Shown here in pieces: positions 1 through 18,136 of a DNA stretch of 64,000 nt. The stretch covers positions 2,270,152 through 2,334,151 of the forward strand of contig NW_002060944.1 of the NCBI RefSeq assembly GCF_000150275.1, read 5' to 3'. The stretch's first letter is position 1; each line of letters begins with the position of its first letter. Source of the DNA: Trichoplax adhaerens. Its lineage: Eukaryota > Animalia > Placozoa. Under the pieces are notes generated by a model, which saw only the letters and a list, made by a program, of their open reading frames with translations, had not been told where the DNA came from and searched no databases. A program made the position numbers and the translations under genes.

Positions 1-742
1 GCCACTTATACTCTACAAAGCTATAAATCGTAGTTGGTAAAACGATAGTGTATGATCCTACGTTGTACGTAAACCAACATCAGGCAGCTTCATTAAATTT
101 GGATAGGCCTTGCTCTCGTATTACTGCTGTTTCGTTCACTTTCATACATCTAGTATCTCACGTATAAACAATCTATTATCTTGGCAATCCTCTCTGACTC
201 GTTGAGTTAGTACTGGACATTACTTGTTCTTGTAAATTGTATTTAAATTGTATACCTATGAATGAAAATATGGTGACCGAGCCAGATATGCTGGTATAGG
301 GTATAATAAATTTGATAATTTAGCTCTAATACATGATACAGTATACAGTAGTTAAAAAATGATGTGCAATCTCAGTAAATATGAACGCATTCATTCAAAT
401 GATGTTTGTAGATACGAGTATTACTTCCGATCGTACTGAAACTTAGATGAGCCGTGAATGTGACCGTAACTGTGTCGATCAAACCGATCAGCTTACGGGT
501 AGACTTTGGTCTATGCGATTGAATAGCGCAGATTCTCTACAAGAATTCTCCTTTGATGCATTTATTAAGCTCATATGCATCACTGGTAGTTTTCATTTTA
601 AATTATATATTAGATCAATGATTGACTGAATCTAAAGAAAATTCCTTGTTTAGGATTTCCTTGTTTAGATTGTGAAATTTATTTATGGTCTGTTGCTTTC
701 GAATTCGTTTCTACCATTAATTCCTTTTGTACTTTTGCATAG

Positions 743-5575
<4,833 letters not shown>

Positions 5576-7428
5576 ATTTGCTTTGATAGCTGTAATGTAA
5601 CCGGCATTTAGGTATAACTTGAAACACTAAAGTGATCAAGGAAGCTATAAATTGATAGGTTCCTTGCATTGTATCTATTTTATTAAATTACCTTTGATCA
5701 GATGTTAACCTTCACTTTAGGTGAGTGATGATTACATTTGGGTAAAATTAGCTGTCTGGCTAGTAAAACTAATTACTATAGATTGATCAGATAGTTAATT
5801 TGATCTCAACGATGAACGACTATACAAACTCATTAAGTTGTATAATCAATTACTCGAAACCGACAACTGCCGCAAATGTAGTAATGACGTACTCATTTCT
5901 GCAGCTATTAATTCGATTAGCACAGAAATGCTCATCGAGGCACTGTTAATAAATCATCGAATGGATAATTACAATAAATAGCTTATGTAAATTAACCGTT
6001 AAACATGTATCGCAGATAGCAATACCTAATTATTACTTTTGGCAATTCTGTATTTACGGGTATGACAGAGCATCACTTTACTCCTTACCTCGTAAAGTAA
6101 TTATTATTAAATGTAAAACTCAGCAAAAGTATCAAAACCCGAAGGATAAGATCAACGTTTGTATTCTAAAGTATTATTTGGGTTTCTGATGATAACTATA
6201 AATTTTACTTTAAAAAGCAGCTATGAAATTAGTCTGCTCTAGCATATTCGCAACATCGTTGATAATAGACTAGGAAGGTAGATTGCAAAGATACACGTAT
6301 AATTGCAAAATCTATAATATCAGATTCTCCTTATCCTTTACTATAACTATTATATCATAGTGTTAGTAAAATTGAGCGATTTAAATGAGTAATTACATAT
6401 AGATTAATTTATGTTAATACTAGACAATCGATTCGATCTTTTTATTGTAGTAAATAGTGGTTAATAAAATCCAGATGTGTAGTTCATACATATATAATTC
6501 ATGGTCTATCTCACGAATTATTACTTATGTACAGTATAATACGTACTGCTATGTCGATATACAACACTTTAGCAATGACTACTAAACCCTCCTGTCCTAT
6601 CAAAACTGATATTCAAACTCTCTTCTCCAAAAATATAATATATAACATCTACCCTCGGATAGATTGATTAATTAATTAATTATATTATTCTACTTTTTAT
6701 ATAATATATATTTGTGAAAGCTGTCTGTACCCTTATTTGACCTAACCACTCCACAGATGTTATGCTTATTCAATAATTATGTATTATAAAAGAGCATACT
6801 GTAGATCATCGTACTCACGCGTAATCAGACTGAGTCATTCAGATTGCTAACAATTCACTACCTGTCACATCGCAGTGCAGTACAGTACAGTAATGTGTAA
6901 GAACTAAGAAGTCATGGTCTTGGGAATCAGTCCGCACTTCGCGAATACCATAGCTGATAACTAGAATCCTGTTTAGCTGTCAGTTTCTTGCAACCAGATA
7001 TGATGTACACTTGTACAGCACGCGCATTTAATGTTAATGTACACGAGATAGATATCATGAATCTAATATATCACTTTGCTATATGAAATATATCGGCTTG
7101 TACTTTAAAACTTAATAACTCGGCGAAAAAATTGTGGGAAAAGGTTTATTAGAACTGAACACTTCATGCTACGTTCGTAACATAAATTAATTACGTGTTT
7201 TAATGAGATCGTGGAAATAGGCAGTTCTAAGTGTTTAGCGATTAATATGTAATCGAGTATTATAATATGGTATGATGGTATAGTACGGACGCAAAGTTCA
7301 GCTAATTGTGTAGCAATAGCTAAGTTATTGCCAAGTCCCACGTTCATTTCAAATTCTGACGTTGCAGAGCACGACCGTAGACTACTTTAGTACACGCTGT
7401 CGGTACTATGGTACTGTGATTACTCCAT

Positions 7429-7845
7429 AGTACTGTACAGTACAGTACAATGTACATATCAGCGTTGTTGATAATACTGTACACTGTAATGTTTAATGTA
7501 CTGTATAGTCGCAGTTCATTTTCATTTTTACTACTGTGCTGTACAGTAGTAAAAATGCACTGCACTGTACTGTTAATTTACTAGTTATACAGTACAGTTA
7601 ATACTGTACTGTATACTGTACTCTGTACAGTACAGTGTAGTCTGAAGCTGCTGATGCTAAAATACTGTACTGTACTGTACAGTATTGTGAAGTGCAAAAC
7701 ACAATGCTAAGTAATCATGTACAGTACAGTACTGTATTCACATTACAGTACCCTGATTCCGCGAATAACTTGCGTATAAAAAGACAAGTTCAGAAAATCG
7801 AATTAGTAGTTTTTAATTTTTAAGTCAGGTACTGTATTGTACTGC
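7429..7845. repeat. Imperfect (TACAG)n/(CTGTA)n pentamer array upstream of NPDC1
   Basis: e.g. tactgtacagtacagtaca; tactgtactgtatactgtactctgtacagtacagtg. Confidence 0.85.
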
Positions 7846-7977
7846 TGTTCCTGTTAATGCGTAGTTCTCAACAGTGATCGAATTATGCGAGGTGCGCTAA
7901 ATTAATTAAAGATTGAAAGTGATATAGTTAGCAACTCTAGTCCTAATACAGAAAGCATACAGTAAAACGCAAGAAAT

Positions 7978-10900
7978 ATGGAGTTTAAATGGAATATATT
8001 TCTGGTACTGTTCATAGCTACCCTGTCGTCGTGGCCCGTCCATGGCTGTAAGTAATGTACTTAAACTATGCACTAAACAGTGACATACCCCTGAACACCG
8101 CTTCATCGTTTATAATTTACACACTCGTATTATTAGTCGATTTTTGAAATTTAAAAAAATTTTTCGCTTCATTATCGTTCTGTCGCTAATTACTAATACT
8201 GTGCAATACTACATCATGAATTTAATTTGTTATTCGTAGTATTCAAAAGTTTGAACTTTCGTAAAATACTTAAAAACTAGTAATAATTGATCTTGATCGC
8301 TCTTTACTAGTTACATGCCCATCAAAGTTGACGTGCGACAGATTGCATCGATTGGAATGTTTTTACCCGAACATTGAATGTGGTCGGTGTAAGATTAATT
8401 ATCAAGAACTGAATGGCGCTTGTATTTTAGGTAAGTGTATCTTTATATTTGCAGTACTATGCACCATCGGTTATATACCCGTACAATATATCTGTACGAA
8501 TCATTAACTATTTACTAGCAGCCCCCATCGGCCGTTAATTGCTTTATTTCTCAACCTACAGTATTTGAGGGTTTACTGGCATAAATTTTTGTTTTGTGAA
8601 GAAATAATTAGTTACACATATTATAAATTATCAATCCTGCTAGCTATCAGTACAGTACAGTTCTCTAACTTTCTCTGTTATGACTACAAATTTTATGTTT
8701 TACCAAACTCTGTTACGGCGACGCAAACGTTTTAAATTTTTTATCCCTGACGTGCCTGAGAAAAAATACCGTATAGCTTTCATACCATCAATACGAATAT
8801 TCTATCAACTATTCTACCGAATAATTCTATTAAATTCGCTTTCTTAGTTTTCTGACATCTTAATCGGATCAGTATTCGATTATAATTATTAATGTCATTA
8901 TATATAAAAAGAAATAAATTCTCCGACTAAGCCATTTTGCTAACCAGTGATTGGCCTACGTTTTTGTACTGCAGTCTAATAATTGTGTAATCATAAACTG
9001 CTTGCACATATTCTGAGCTTCTGACATTCCATGATCACGCAGGAAATAAACAATTGCTGTGCTAACAAAAATAACCTTGTTTGCATAACTAAAATGGCAT
9101 CAGCCAATATTCAATAACTAAATCTACTATAAATAATTACAAAATACGTACAGTACATTATCCGTATAAGACGATTTAAGTTCATAAAATAGAATAATAC
9201 GCTTTATATTATTTATGGCATCATCCCATACGAATACGTATTCTTAGTATTACAATTCATTCGTTACTACGGTGTTAAGGTACTCACTAAACAAAAACGT
9301 ATTGTAAATTACACGGTACCCGTAGCATAACGTACTGTACATACTGTATGTATATTTGAAATTTGCAATGGTTCAAAGATCTTTCAAACGAAAGGATCTA
9401 GTGAACGACGTGATTGTCATATCTCCTCTTTATACTTTCCTGCCACCCATTAAACCTCTAATTTAGCTCGCGTAAGTTCAATCAAGAATGTAGTTCTTCC
9501 ATTTACGTAGAAATTTCTATTGCAGATATTTGCTTTTTTAGTCTTTCAAGCAAGGGCTTACCGTTAATTAATTAAATTAAAATATTGGTGATATTACTTA
9601 TTCCGATTTTCAATCGATATAAATATCAAAATTATAATAGTTATCTCTATTTAGACATAACGGAAATTAATTTTTTGCGTTATAAATAATATATGCATGT
9701 GTGTTCTCCCAAGTCAATACAGCTAATTTAAAATTTAAGAAAATAAATAATTATTGGCTATAAATTATACTGTATTCGTTGTGGAAGCAATACGCGTACT
9801 CGTAGCGATACGCTATAAGGGCTCGGTACTCAGCAACCCAGCTGGTTTCCATGCCAATATCCCGAATTCAGTATGTCAAAATTAGTTAAAGTCATCAACA
9901 CTATAATCTACTGTACATATTCTTAATGAAGCGCTGATAATGTAAGTATTGCAAGGGTAAACATTAGCCTGATATTCGAATGAACGGGTAGTTTACTAGT
10001 TTCTTGTAATTGTAAAGTGTAACTGTATCGATTGATATACTGTATACCAATTCTGATAACTGAAGTAATTCAGCTAAATTTAAATGAGCTATGATCACTG
10101 AATTACGAGCAATTTAGTAATTCGTGAAACAGAACTTGAGATACTTATTAAGTGCGTACTGTGTTATGATTATAATATAATATTTTGCCTACTATAGATT
10201 TCATAATCATTTTTATTGACTGCATATAGAAAACTGAAAAATTTTGATCCGAGTGCCTTGGTGTAGTACGTAATCGATATATAACAGTAGTAACATGTAG
10301 TACCATGAAACTCCTCTCATGTAGTTATCTGTTTGAGTACAGTACTGGTATACGGAAGACATTTGACAAGTTGTTATGCATTCGTAAGTAGCTTTCCATC
10401 AGAGTATTTATTGGTTTAGCTATTTGCAATGTTTAGAATAATGTAAGGCATACTTTATGAACTCGATCTCTAAAAAAATAGAATGAATAAATAAATCTAA
10501 GAGTCCATTCCTATACTGAAGGCCTTAACTACCGTATATCAGTAATGTATTATAATAAAATCTTACAAGCGCTTTATGAAGTAAGAAAGTAATGTTTTAT
10601 TTAGCGTAACATGACATTGGAGCATAATTTATTAATTCATTTCAGATAGTGCATCACCGCAAAGACGCTAGTATTCAAATTGGATTAATGATATAATTAA
10701 TTTATTCATAAATTAGTTGATCTCTAAAGCATATTAATAATTAATTTTCTCTTGGAATTAACTATAGACTTTTGTAGCATTCCAAGGCATAGATGTACTG
10801 AAAACGTGTGCTTTCGGTGCTTTCGCCTATGAAGTCTTAATGTAGTACTGTATAAAAACAATTTACGCAGCAGTTATGAGCAACAAAGTTTGTATTGTCT

Positions 10901-13900
10901 TACAGACGGTATCTCAAAAAGAAAACTTTTTACCGTCGCTGCTGTACAGTATGACACTACAGGACTAAAGCTAACAGCACATTCAATAGAAACAAATTAT
11001 TTGCGAGCTACATTTTTATTTAAAACCCATCGTTTTTCTGTACAAAATTTCTCTCTTCATTATTTCCCATGAATGTTACACATGCGATGTCATTACCATC
11101 CTTATTTGACGAGGTGCTGAAATTAGGAAAAAGTAGCTATAAATTATATATTTATTAACCTCTAGATCTCGGATGTACAGTACAGTAATACGCATATATG
11201 ATTAGGCTACAGCTTTGAAGTCGGTAAAAATCTTTACTAACAGTAGGATATTATTACTACTTTTTAAAAGAGCTCATTTAAGAGTACAGCATAGAATGAT
11301 TTACTACAGCTGCAACACTGCTTTACAGTACAGTATACCCGTATAGTAATTTACGCGTATTGATTGCAACGCGTAATTAGTATCAGAGATGGATTTGACC
11401 GGTTAGTATTATTAAGAATAAAACAGAAGTACTAAATACTGTTAAAACTACAGTAATGTACTGTGAATGCACGCGTATAAGATCGACACAATATTAGTGC
11501 TTTCCGACTGAACTTTAAATAAACAGTGATAAGATCGTTGAAATTCTTTTGCTTTCTTACAGTATTACGTATACCAATCTTATTAAACTGGCTCGTTCTG
11601 AGAAATTATTGCATTTATACTATACTGTCTCAATGTAACAGTGTCAACTCTAATTAATTACAATATTGCGCTACATAAATACTGGAATTCTACTGTAATA
11701 TTTAAGAAAATAATTACGCGTAATTCTAATTGACTTGTTTAATTCTACGAGACATACGGTATATTGTAAATTTTAAAGATGATTCTCAAGATTGCCCTGT
11801 AACCTAAAAACTTTAACTGCTTAGAAAAATCAATATACTCATAAATATATGATAAAAACTAACAAGAATCTAAACAGTGCGCTTTAGCGTGTTTAACAAC
11901 CATTGTCATTTTTAAGAACTATGCTATTACAAACAATTGTTATCTTTGAAAGTAATACTACTGTACTGTATAGCGGTAGTGAAATCTAGTAGCAGACTAG
12001 TAGCCATAGTCTTGACCTGTCTTGCTGTGAAGATTGGTCTCATTTTATTGTACTATACAACGCAGTAGAATTGACTTCCATCTGATTATGAGGCTAAACT
12101 GAAGCAAAGCCAAAGTATTAACTGTATTCTGTGACAATACTCTTGGTTAAAAATCTCTAAAAAAATCAACTTTGATTAAGTTTAGACAGAATTACGTAAT
12201 TTTAGCTGATGTTGCTAGTACATCTCACGGCCATAACACTGTATTTACTAGTGTAATTTCTGTTTAATGCACTAGCAACGCCATAAGGTGTATCACTAGG
12301 CGCAATTTGCTTTTGAAATCAATTTCGGATCAAATTGATATAAGAATACTGTTGATGCAGTGGATACTACCTTAGATATATTTTCATCAGTAGTGAGATA
12401 ACTTAGCTTTTATTATGGTTAAAATCTTTCAAATAAGCTAAAATATTGACAGAACTAGAAAAATGAGAATGTCAGAAGGTACTGTCGAGCTCTGGCGCCG
12501 TCTATATAACTGCGAATTCAAAACACCTGAAATTGCTTTATAACTTTGTTTCAAAAGTTTAATTTACTACTTGACCAAGATTCTTACATTATCATTTGTA
12601 ACCATTGCTATTCCCAGCTGCTAGTCCGCGGAATACCTTGCCACCTCAACTTGGTAGCACTACAAGTGGCGAAAACGATGTTACGGATAAATTGTATCCA
12701 TCGGATCGCACAACGACTATGGATGATATTGCTCTTAGGAATGCGTATTTTTTTGGTAAGGTTAAAAATATTTTATCTAGTTGTTGTTAGTCATGTCGTA
12801 TTAGAAACAGTTGCATGGAAATTTTAAAATGTCCTCTCATGTATTATTTATTTAATATATCTGTTTGAGAAAAGATACCCTTTTTAATGAATATTTGATG
12901 AAAAGTTACACATAAGTTGGCTGGAGAGTGTGCATATAGCCGATTTATTAGTAGTAAACTAGTGATTCAACTAAACTAGCTGATTCCGCATATCAGGCTG
13001 TTCAAGTAATTATAATCTTTGATACTTCTGATAATATAATAACTTTATACTCACCGATTCATCATTTAAATATCAGCCTTACCCACAAAATAGCACGTAC
13101 TATTGAATAAAAAGTAACTACGTCTCCGCCCGTGTTCAATCATTCGTACGAGAATTAGCTGAGAGTATGCTACTGTACTGTTATAAACGACATTCATTTA
13201 TTATAAATACCACTGACAAAAATTTTATACTAAACACGACCGTAATTGATTTACATAAAATATTATTTATTAAAGCATAGCGTACTGTATATGAAACTGA
13301 AACTGCAAATAATCAGTACTAATGATGAATCATTCTAGAACACTGTACTAAACAAATTGCAAAGTTATACCAATTTATTAAGTTACATCTTCGTGTTTTT
13401 AAATGGATCTTCCAATTTTGTCACTTTTACTACTAAAACAAGATTTATACTGCAATAACTTACCCATGATATGGTACTTGCATAAGTTATCCAGAATCCA
13501 GAGGGATAGCTAGAATTTAAGCACAGCGTGTATCGAAGCTTTGTGTTAATAATTTTTGAACTTTAAACCGACAAGTGTTCTAGGTTCTAAGACATTATTT
13601 ATACGTAGTGTATCTGGTGTCTCACTTATCAGTTTCATTAATAAATACGTATACAAAAAGTATTACTAGTTAAATTATAACGTGTTAGCTTTCCTGTTAA
13701 TTTGAAAATAATTATGTAGAGTCATATAATGTTAATTGTATTTATATTTCTATAATCTAATCTACTTAAATTATAGCTATGATTGCTGGCTGTACATTGC
13801 TTGGTGTTATTGCTATTATTGCAATCGTTTACTGCTGGTTTAAGTAAGTAGCATATAAGAAATCTAACCAACTGATATTGATACGTAATCACAAAAGTCT

Positions 13901-15042
13901 GTTGTAACACTTATGCTATTTGCTGGATATTTTTCATTTCCAATATTGATCGTTCAAACTACAGAAAACAATCGCAGATTATCCTAGTGTAGTAATATAA
14001 GATCACAACCTATACGTGTATTCGAGCATTCTAACGTACTATTTTTATTTATCAATCAATTAACTTAGATATAAAGTATTTTAATCATCTTTCCTGTCTG
14101 ATAATATGTTCAGTCTTTTTAAACTTTGTAATTTAGTGGTACTTATTATTTATTGTTCTAGGTCAAAGGAAGATAAGGAAAATCGACATACACTAAAGTA
14201 CCAAAAGATAACTCAAAAAGATTCATCTAAACTTAAACGGGACCAATTCGATGTATATATTTAAGAAAATTTTGCTAATATATTATTGATTAACTAGGAG
14301 AAACTAAGGATAGCTTTTGGTATAAAGGATAAGTTTTAAATCTAATAACTTTATGTACTGTAATTGATCTTTGTACCCTTGTACTTTATCTAAGGATACG
14401 GACTCTGGTCTAGCTGAAAGTGCTCAAGTTTTTCATTATCATCATCAAAAAAAGCAATTAGAGTCAATGGATAGGTAACTTCGAATATGAGTAGATCTTG
14501 AACAAGTACACTATTAATAATTAATATTTATAGCTAACGTTGTTACTTACAACTGAGATATAATCATATTTTACGAGTTATATAATACATAGAGAATTTG
14601 ATGTGATTACAATATATTCTTTACGTGACATAGAACGAAGGATATTGACTCCTTGGATATTGGTATGCCAGTAAGTGAAGATGATGTTGATGACAACGGC
14701 GATGAAACGGAAAATGAAGATGATTTTACGATGTATGAATGTCCTGGTTTAGGATCGGTAATGATTATTCTAAGAAACTATTTTTTGACAATAGATTCAT
14801 TCCCTGAAAGTACTATTCAACATGTAGCAGTTCGTAAATGAATCAGTTTAATATTCAAGTTAATTATATGATACATTCTATTATTAATATACTATACATT
14901 AGCTAATTTTATCCATCACTCGATAATTCTTCAGAATGGAGACGTCGAAGTTACCAACCCTTTATTTGAAGGAGAACTTACGCATCATCAACAGTTGGAA
15001 ATGAACGATTTAAATGCTCACCCAATTAATGTTGAACAATGA
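7978..15042 (+). CDS. NPDC1: NPDC1/CAB-1-like type I membrane protein (at least 8 exons)
   Basis: Exon 7978-8047 encodes a signal peptide (MEFKWNIFLVLFIATLSSWPVHG). Exon 8311-8430 is Cys-rich (CPSKLTCDRLHRLECFYPNIECGRC). A TM exon reads MIAGCTLLGVIAIIAIVYCWF. The cytoplasmic motifs LAESAQVFHYHHQKKQ, ENEDDFTMYECPGLG and VEVTNPLF match NPDC1 family hallmarks. Stop at 15040-15042. Confidence 0.85.
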
Positions 15043-18000
15043 GTGTAATTTAGAGTTTTAAATATTAACTTTGACATGAAGAGAAGACTTATATGTAAAA
15101 TAAACTTGATCTAGAGCATTCTCAAGGCACAGCTTATTAAATTATTACTCAAATTCTACGATATGATTATATTATCTGCAATTTACAACATCTAACATCC
15201 AAACAATGCAAAGAAATTACTTAAATGTTTACTGATAAATATTCCAAATCATTGTTACAAACTTCTATCAAAGTTTCAATATTTAAAGTTTATATTCCTC
15301 ACACTAAATAAAAATATTCTGTATTCAAATTTTAACCTTTGTTATAGAGCAGTAACTGAGTGCTAATTGAATATCGTGTCTCAATGTTAAATTCTACTAT
15401 ATGTAATTAAATTATCAGTATTAATATCATAGTTTGTGTTATAATTATAAAAATTTCAGAACTATAGATCAATAGCTGTAAATATAGTAATTACAACGAA
15501 ATTTTCAATTTATTCCTTAAGCACCCAGTACTACCGGAAAGATTGGTACTTTCTAATCAAACTTTAAAGTAAAACATGCTACTTTGTGAATGATTACTAG
15601 ATTACAATTCCTAAACATATCTGCTAAATTTATTAACTGAATAAAATAAAAATATTAATAAAGCCAGTACTAACTAGGATTTGTTGGTATCTCGAAAAAA
15701 AATCATATACAATTTTTATTTTCGTTCATAAAATTTATAAATCATTTTATTTACAGTATTCATTTTGAAATGATTACTGAATTCCCTGAAATTTCCCAGA
15801 AGTATAGGGATTTCCAAATTCGAGAACTTTACTTAAATTTGCGCCATAAATTTGTTATAATACATGATTACATGTACATAATATAATGAAGACTGTGACT
15901 AACGAATGTAGTATTCATTGTAGTACTATTCAAAATATATTTTATAAGCCTGCAACAAAAATCATCTCCAAATTTACAAACATTTTTTATTAATCCCAGC
16001 CATCAACGGTCCTCGCTGTCTTAAATTGAACACGTAATAACATTCATTTGCAACTTGCAAATTTTTATGTTGTAAACTGTTTTTTTAGTTCATATAAATG
16101 TGGAAACTGAAAAGAATTAAATACGCGCTCGACACAGATAGCACTACATATGTAAAAGTGAATACTGCTCTTTATTTATTGCGAAGTATACCTTATTATA
16201 AATCTCACTTCAACACATATCGTCATTGATTTAAACTATGCTCTAACGTCAAAATCCATAATTTTTACTCACATAACACATATCGCCACTGTACAATAGT
16301 ATGATACTGCATCATCGTAATGCAGCAATCATATGAACTGTATACTGTATTATTTAAAACGTTTAGATTCTTTGACAGTAATTACAACTTGCTAAAACTA
16401 TGTAACGGTTAAATTAACATTTGGATATCTCATTGATTATCGCATATCTTTATTGGCATTTCCGATATATCTTAAACCAGCATATTATAGTATTGCAGTA
16501 CAAGCATGACCTTACTCAATAAAAAATAGAATGAATACTCATATGATAATGAGTAGCCGCTCTTGAAAGCAAACTGCCTAAACGACTCCCACTGACTTTT
16601 TGATTTGCATTACTCTACGAAACCTTTCAGGTAGTCTAGATTATACCTAGAAGATCTCGTAAATTCATAAAAATAGCCTTTCACTAGCCATGCTGTCATC
16701 ACCCAAACTAAAATTAGACAGCTGTGCCTCTTACCCCACAACCAGGAAGACGTAGTGTGAAGGAGAAATATTTTATCGAATACGCATGCCATAGCTTATA
16801 ATTATACCATAACCAGGATCACAGATATCACTAAAGAATAAAAACGTACTGGTAATGTAACTGAAGTAATCTCGTATATAATAGACAAAAATGCAGAAGA
16901 CTGTGCTGTACACTAATACCAGAAGATAATAGAATTAACAGTAAAACTAGCCATACGCATATTATTCAATACTCCACAATAACAAATATTGATTCCCGTC
17001 AAATCCATACACTCGTTGTTGGTGAAACTCAAAAAGCAGACTGACCATCCAAAAGCGTGCTGCCGTGTTAAAAATATTACATTCTAATCATCAACCATGA
17101 GAACAGGATTTCTCGCAGTATGTTTAGTTGCTCGGTTGTTCTAACTAGTTTCTTGGTTAAGAATTATTTCATGATGAGATTAAGAAAAATCATTACTCAC
17201 TTGATTATCCCCAATTTATCGTATACGATAATATGTACTAGTACCGATTGAACTCACTTCTTTTCAGTTTTATTACACAGTACAGGATTTTATACGTCTC
17301 AGCTTTATAGATTGTACTATTATTATAAAACTAAAAAGTATTCTTTACTCGAACACTAGACGTTTTAGCTAAACGTGTACTTAAAGTCTTCCTATCCTAC
17401 TCTATTCTAAAATTGAGATAAAAAACTCAACCCTAAAACTAGAAAGCCATATAACTAACCATTTTTTCGTTAATTTTACTTAGTGAGATTCAATGGATAC
17501 TGTATATTAGACGTTAAGAGGATAGCTAAAGGTTCCCTTTACTCGCAGTAAAAATCACGATTATTTGGCGAAGGATCAGATTTAGATCATGCTGTAATTA
17601 ACTATTACTACTATCAAGCCACCAGTAAGATCGAACAGATATCTGAGATCATAATGGTAGCATCTTTTAAAACTTATTTACTAAAAATTTTGTAAAAAAT
17701 GTAACGCTATGGACTATGAACATTCCAAGAGAATCTATTGGATGAGCTAGAAATTAATAAATAAACAATTTAGAGGATTCCGCGCACATAACTTTCCGCG
17801 ATTTTAGGTTACCGAGGTCAATATTTGACCTCTTACAGCGTCGTTCTTTCACTATTCAGTGGACTATTCCTAATAGTGCATTGTTAAACTCATCTTTGAT
17901 CGAAATTTGAATCGACGTCTAATACACCTAGTAATCAACTACAGAAAATTTTAAAATTTTATTGGAAGTTAAAGACGAATAAATTATTATAATAAAATCA

Positions 18001-18136
18001 GGCCTAAGATCCATAAGTAACCTTTTTCCTAACAACATTGAATTGAAGCAAATGTTACTGGAATGATAGATTAATCTCAATCCGATAAAGCAGCAATAAA
18101 ATTTTTATTCGAAAAATCATTTTAGACTCCTTGAAG

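Noticed and set aside
642-669. Tandem duplication of TTCCTTGTTTAG
   Set aside because: A two-copy local slippage event with no evidence of function.
10646-11072. Possible extra NPDC1 exons in the long intron, including ORF 10890-11072
   Set aside because: Acceptor-like sites exist, but there is no convincing donor or homology. Transcript data are needed.
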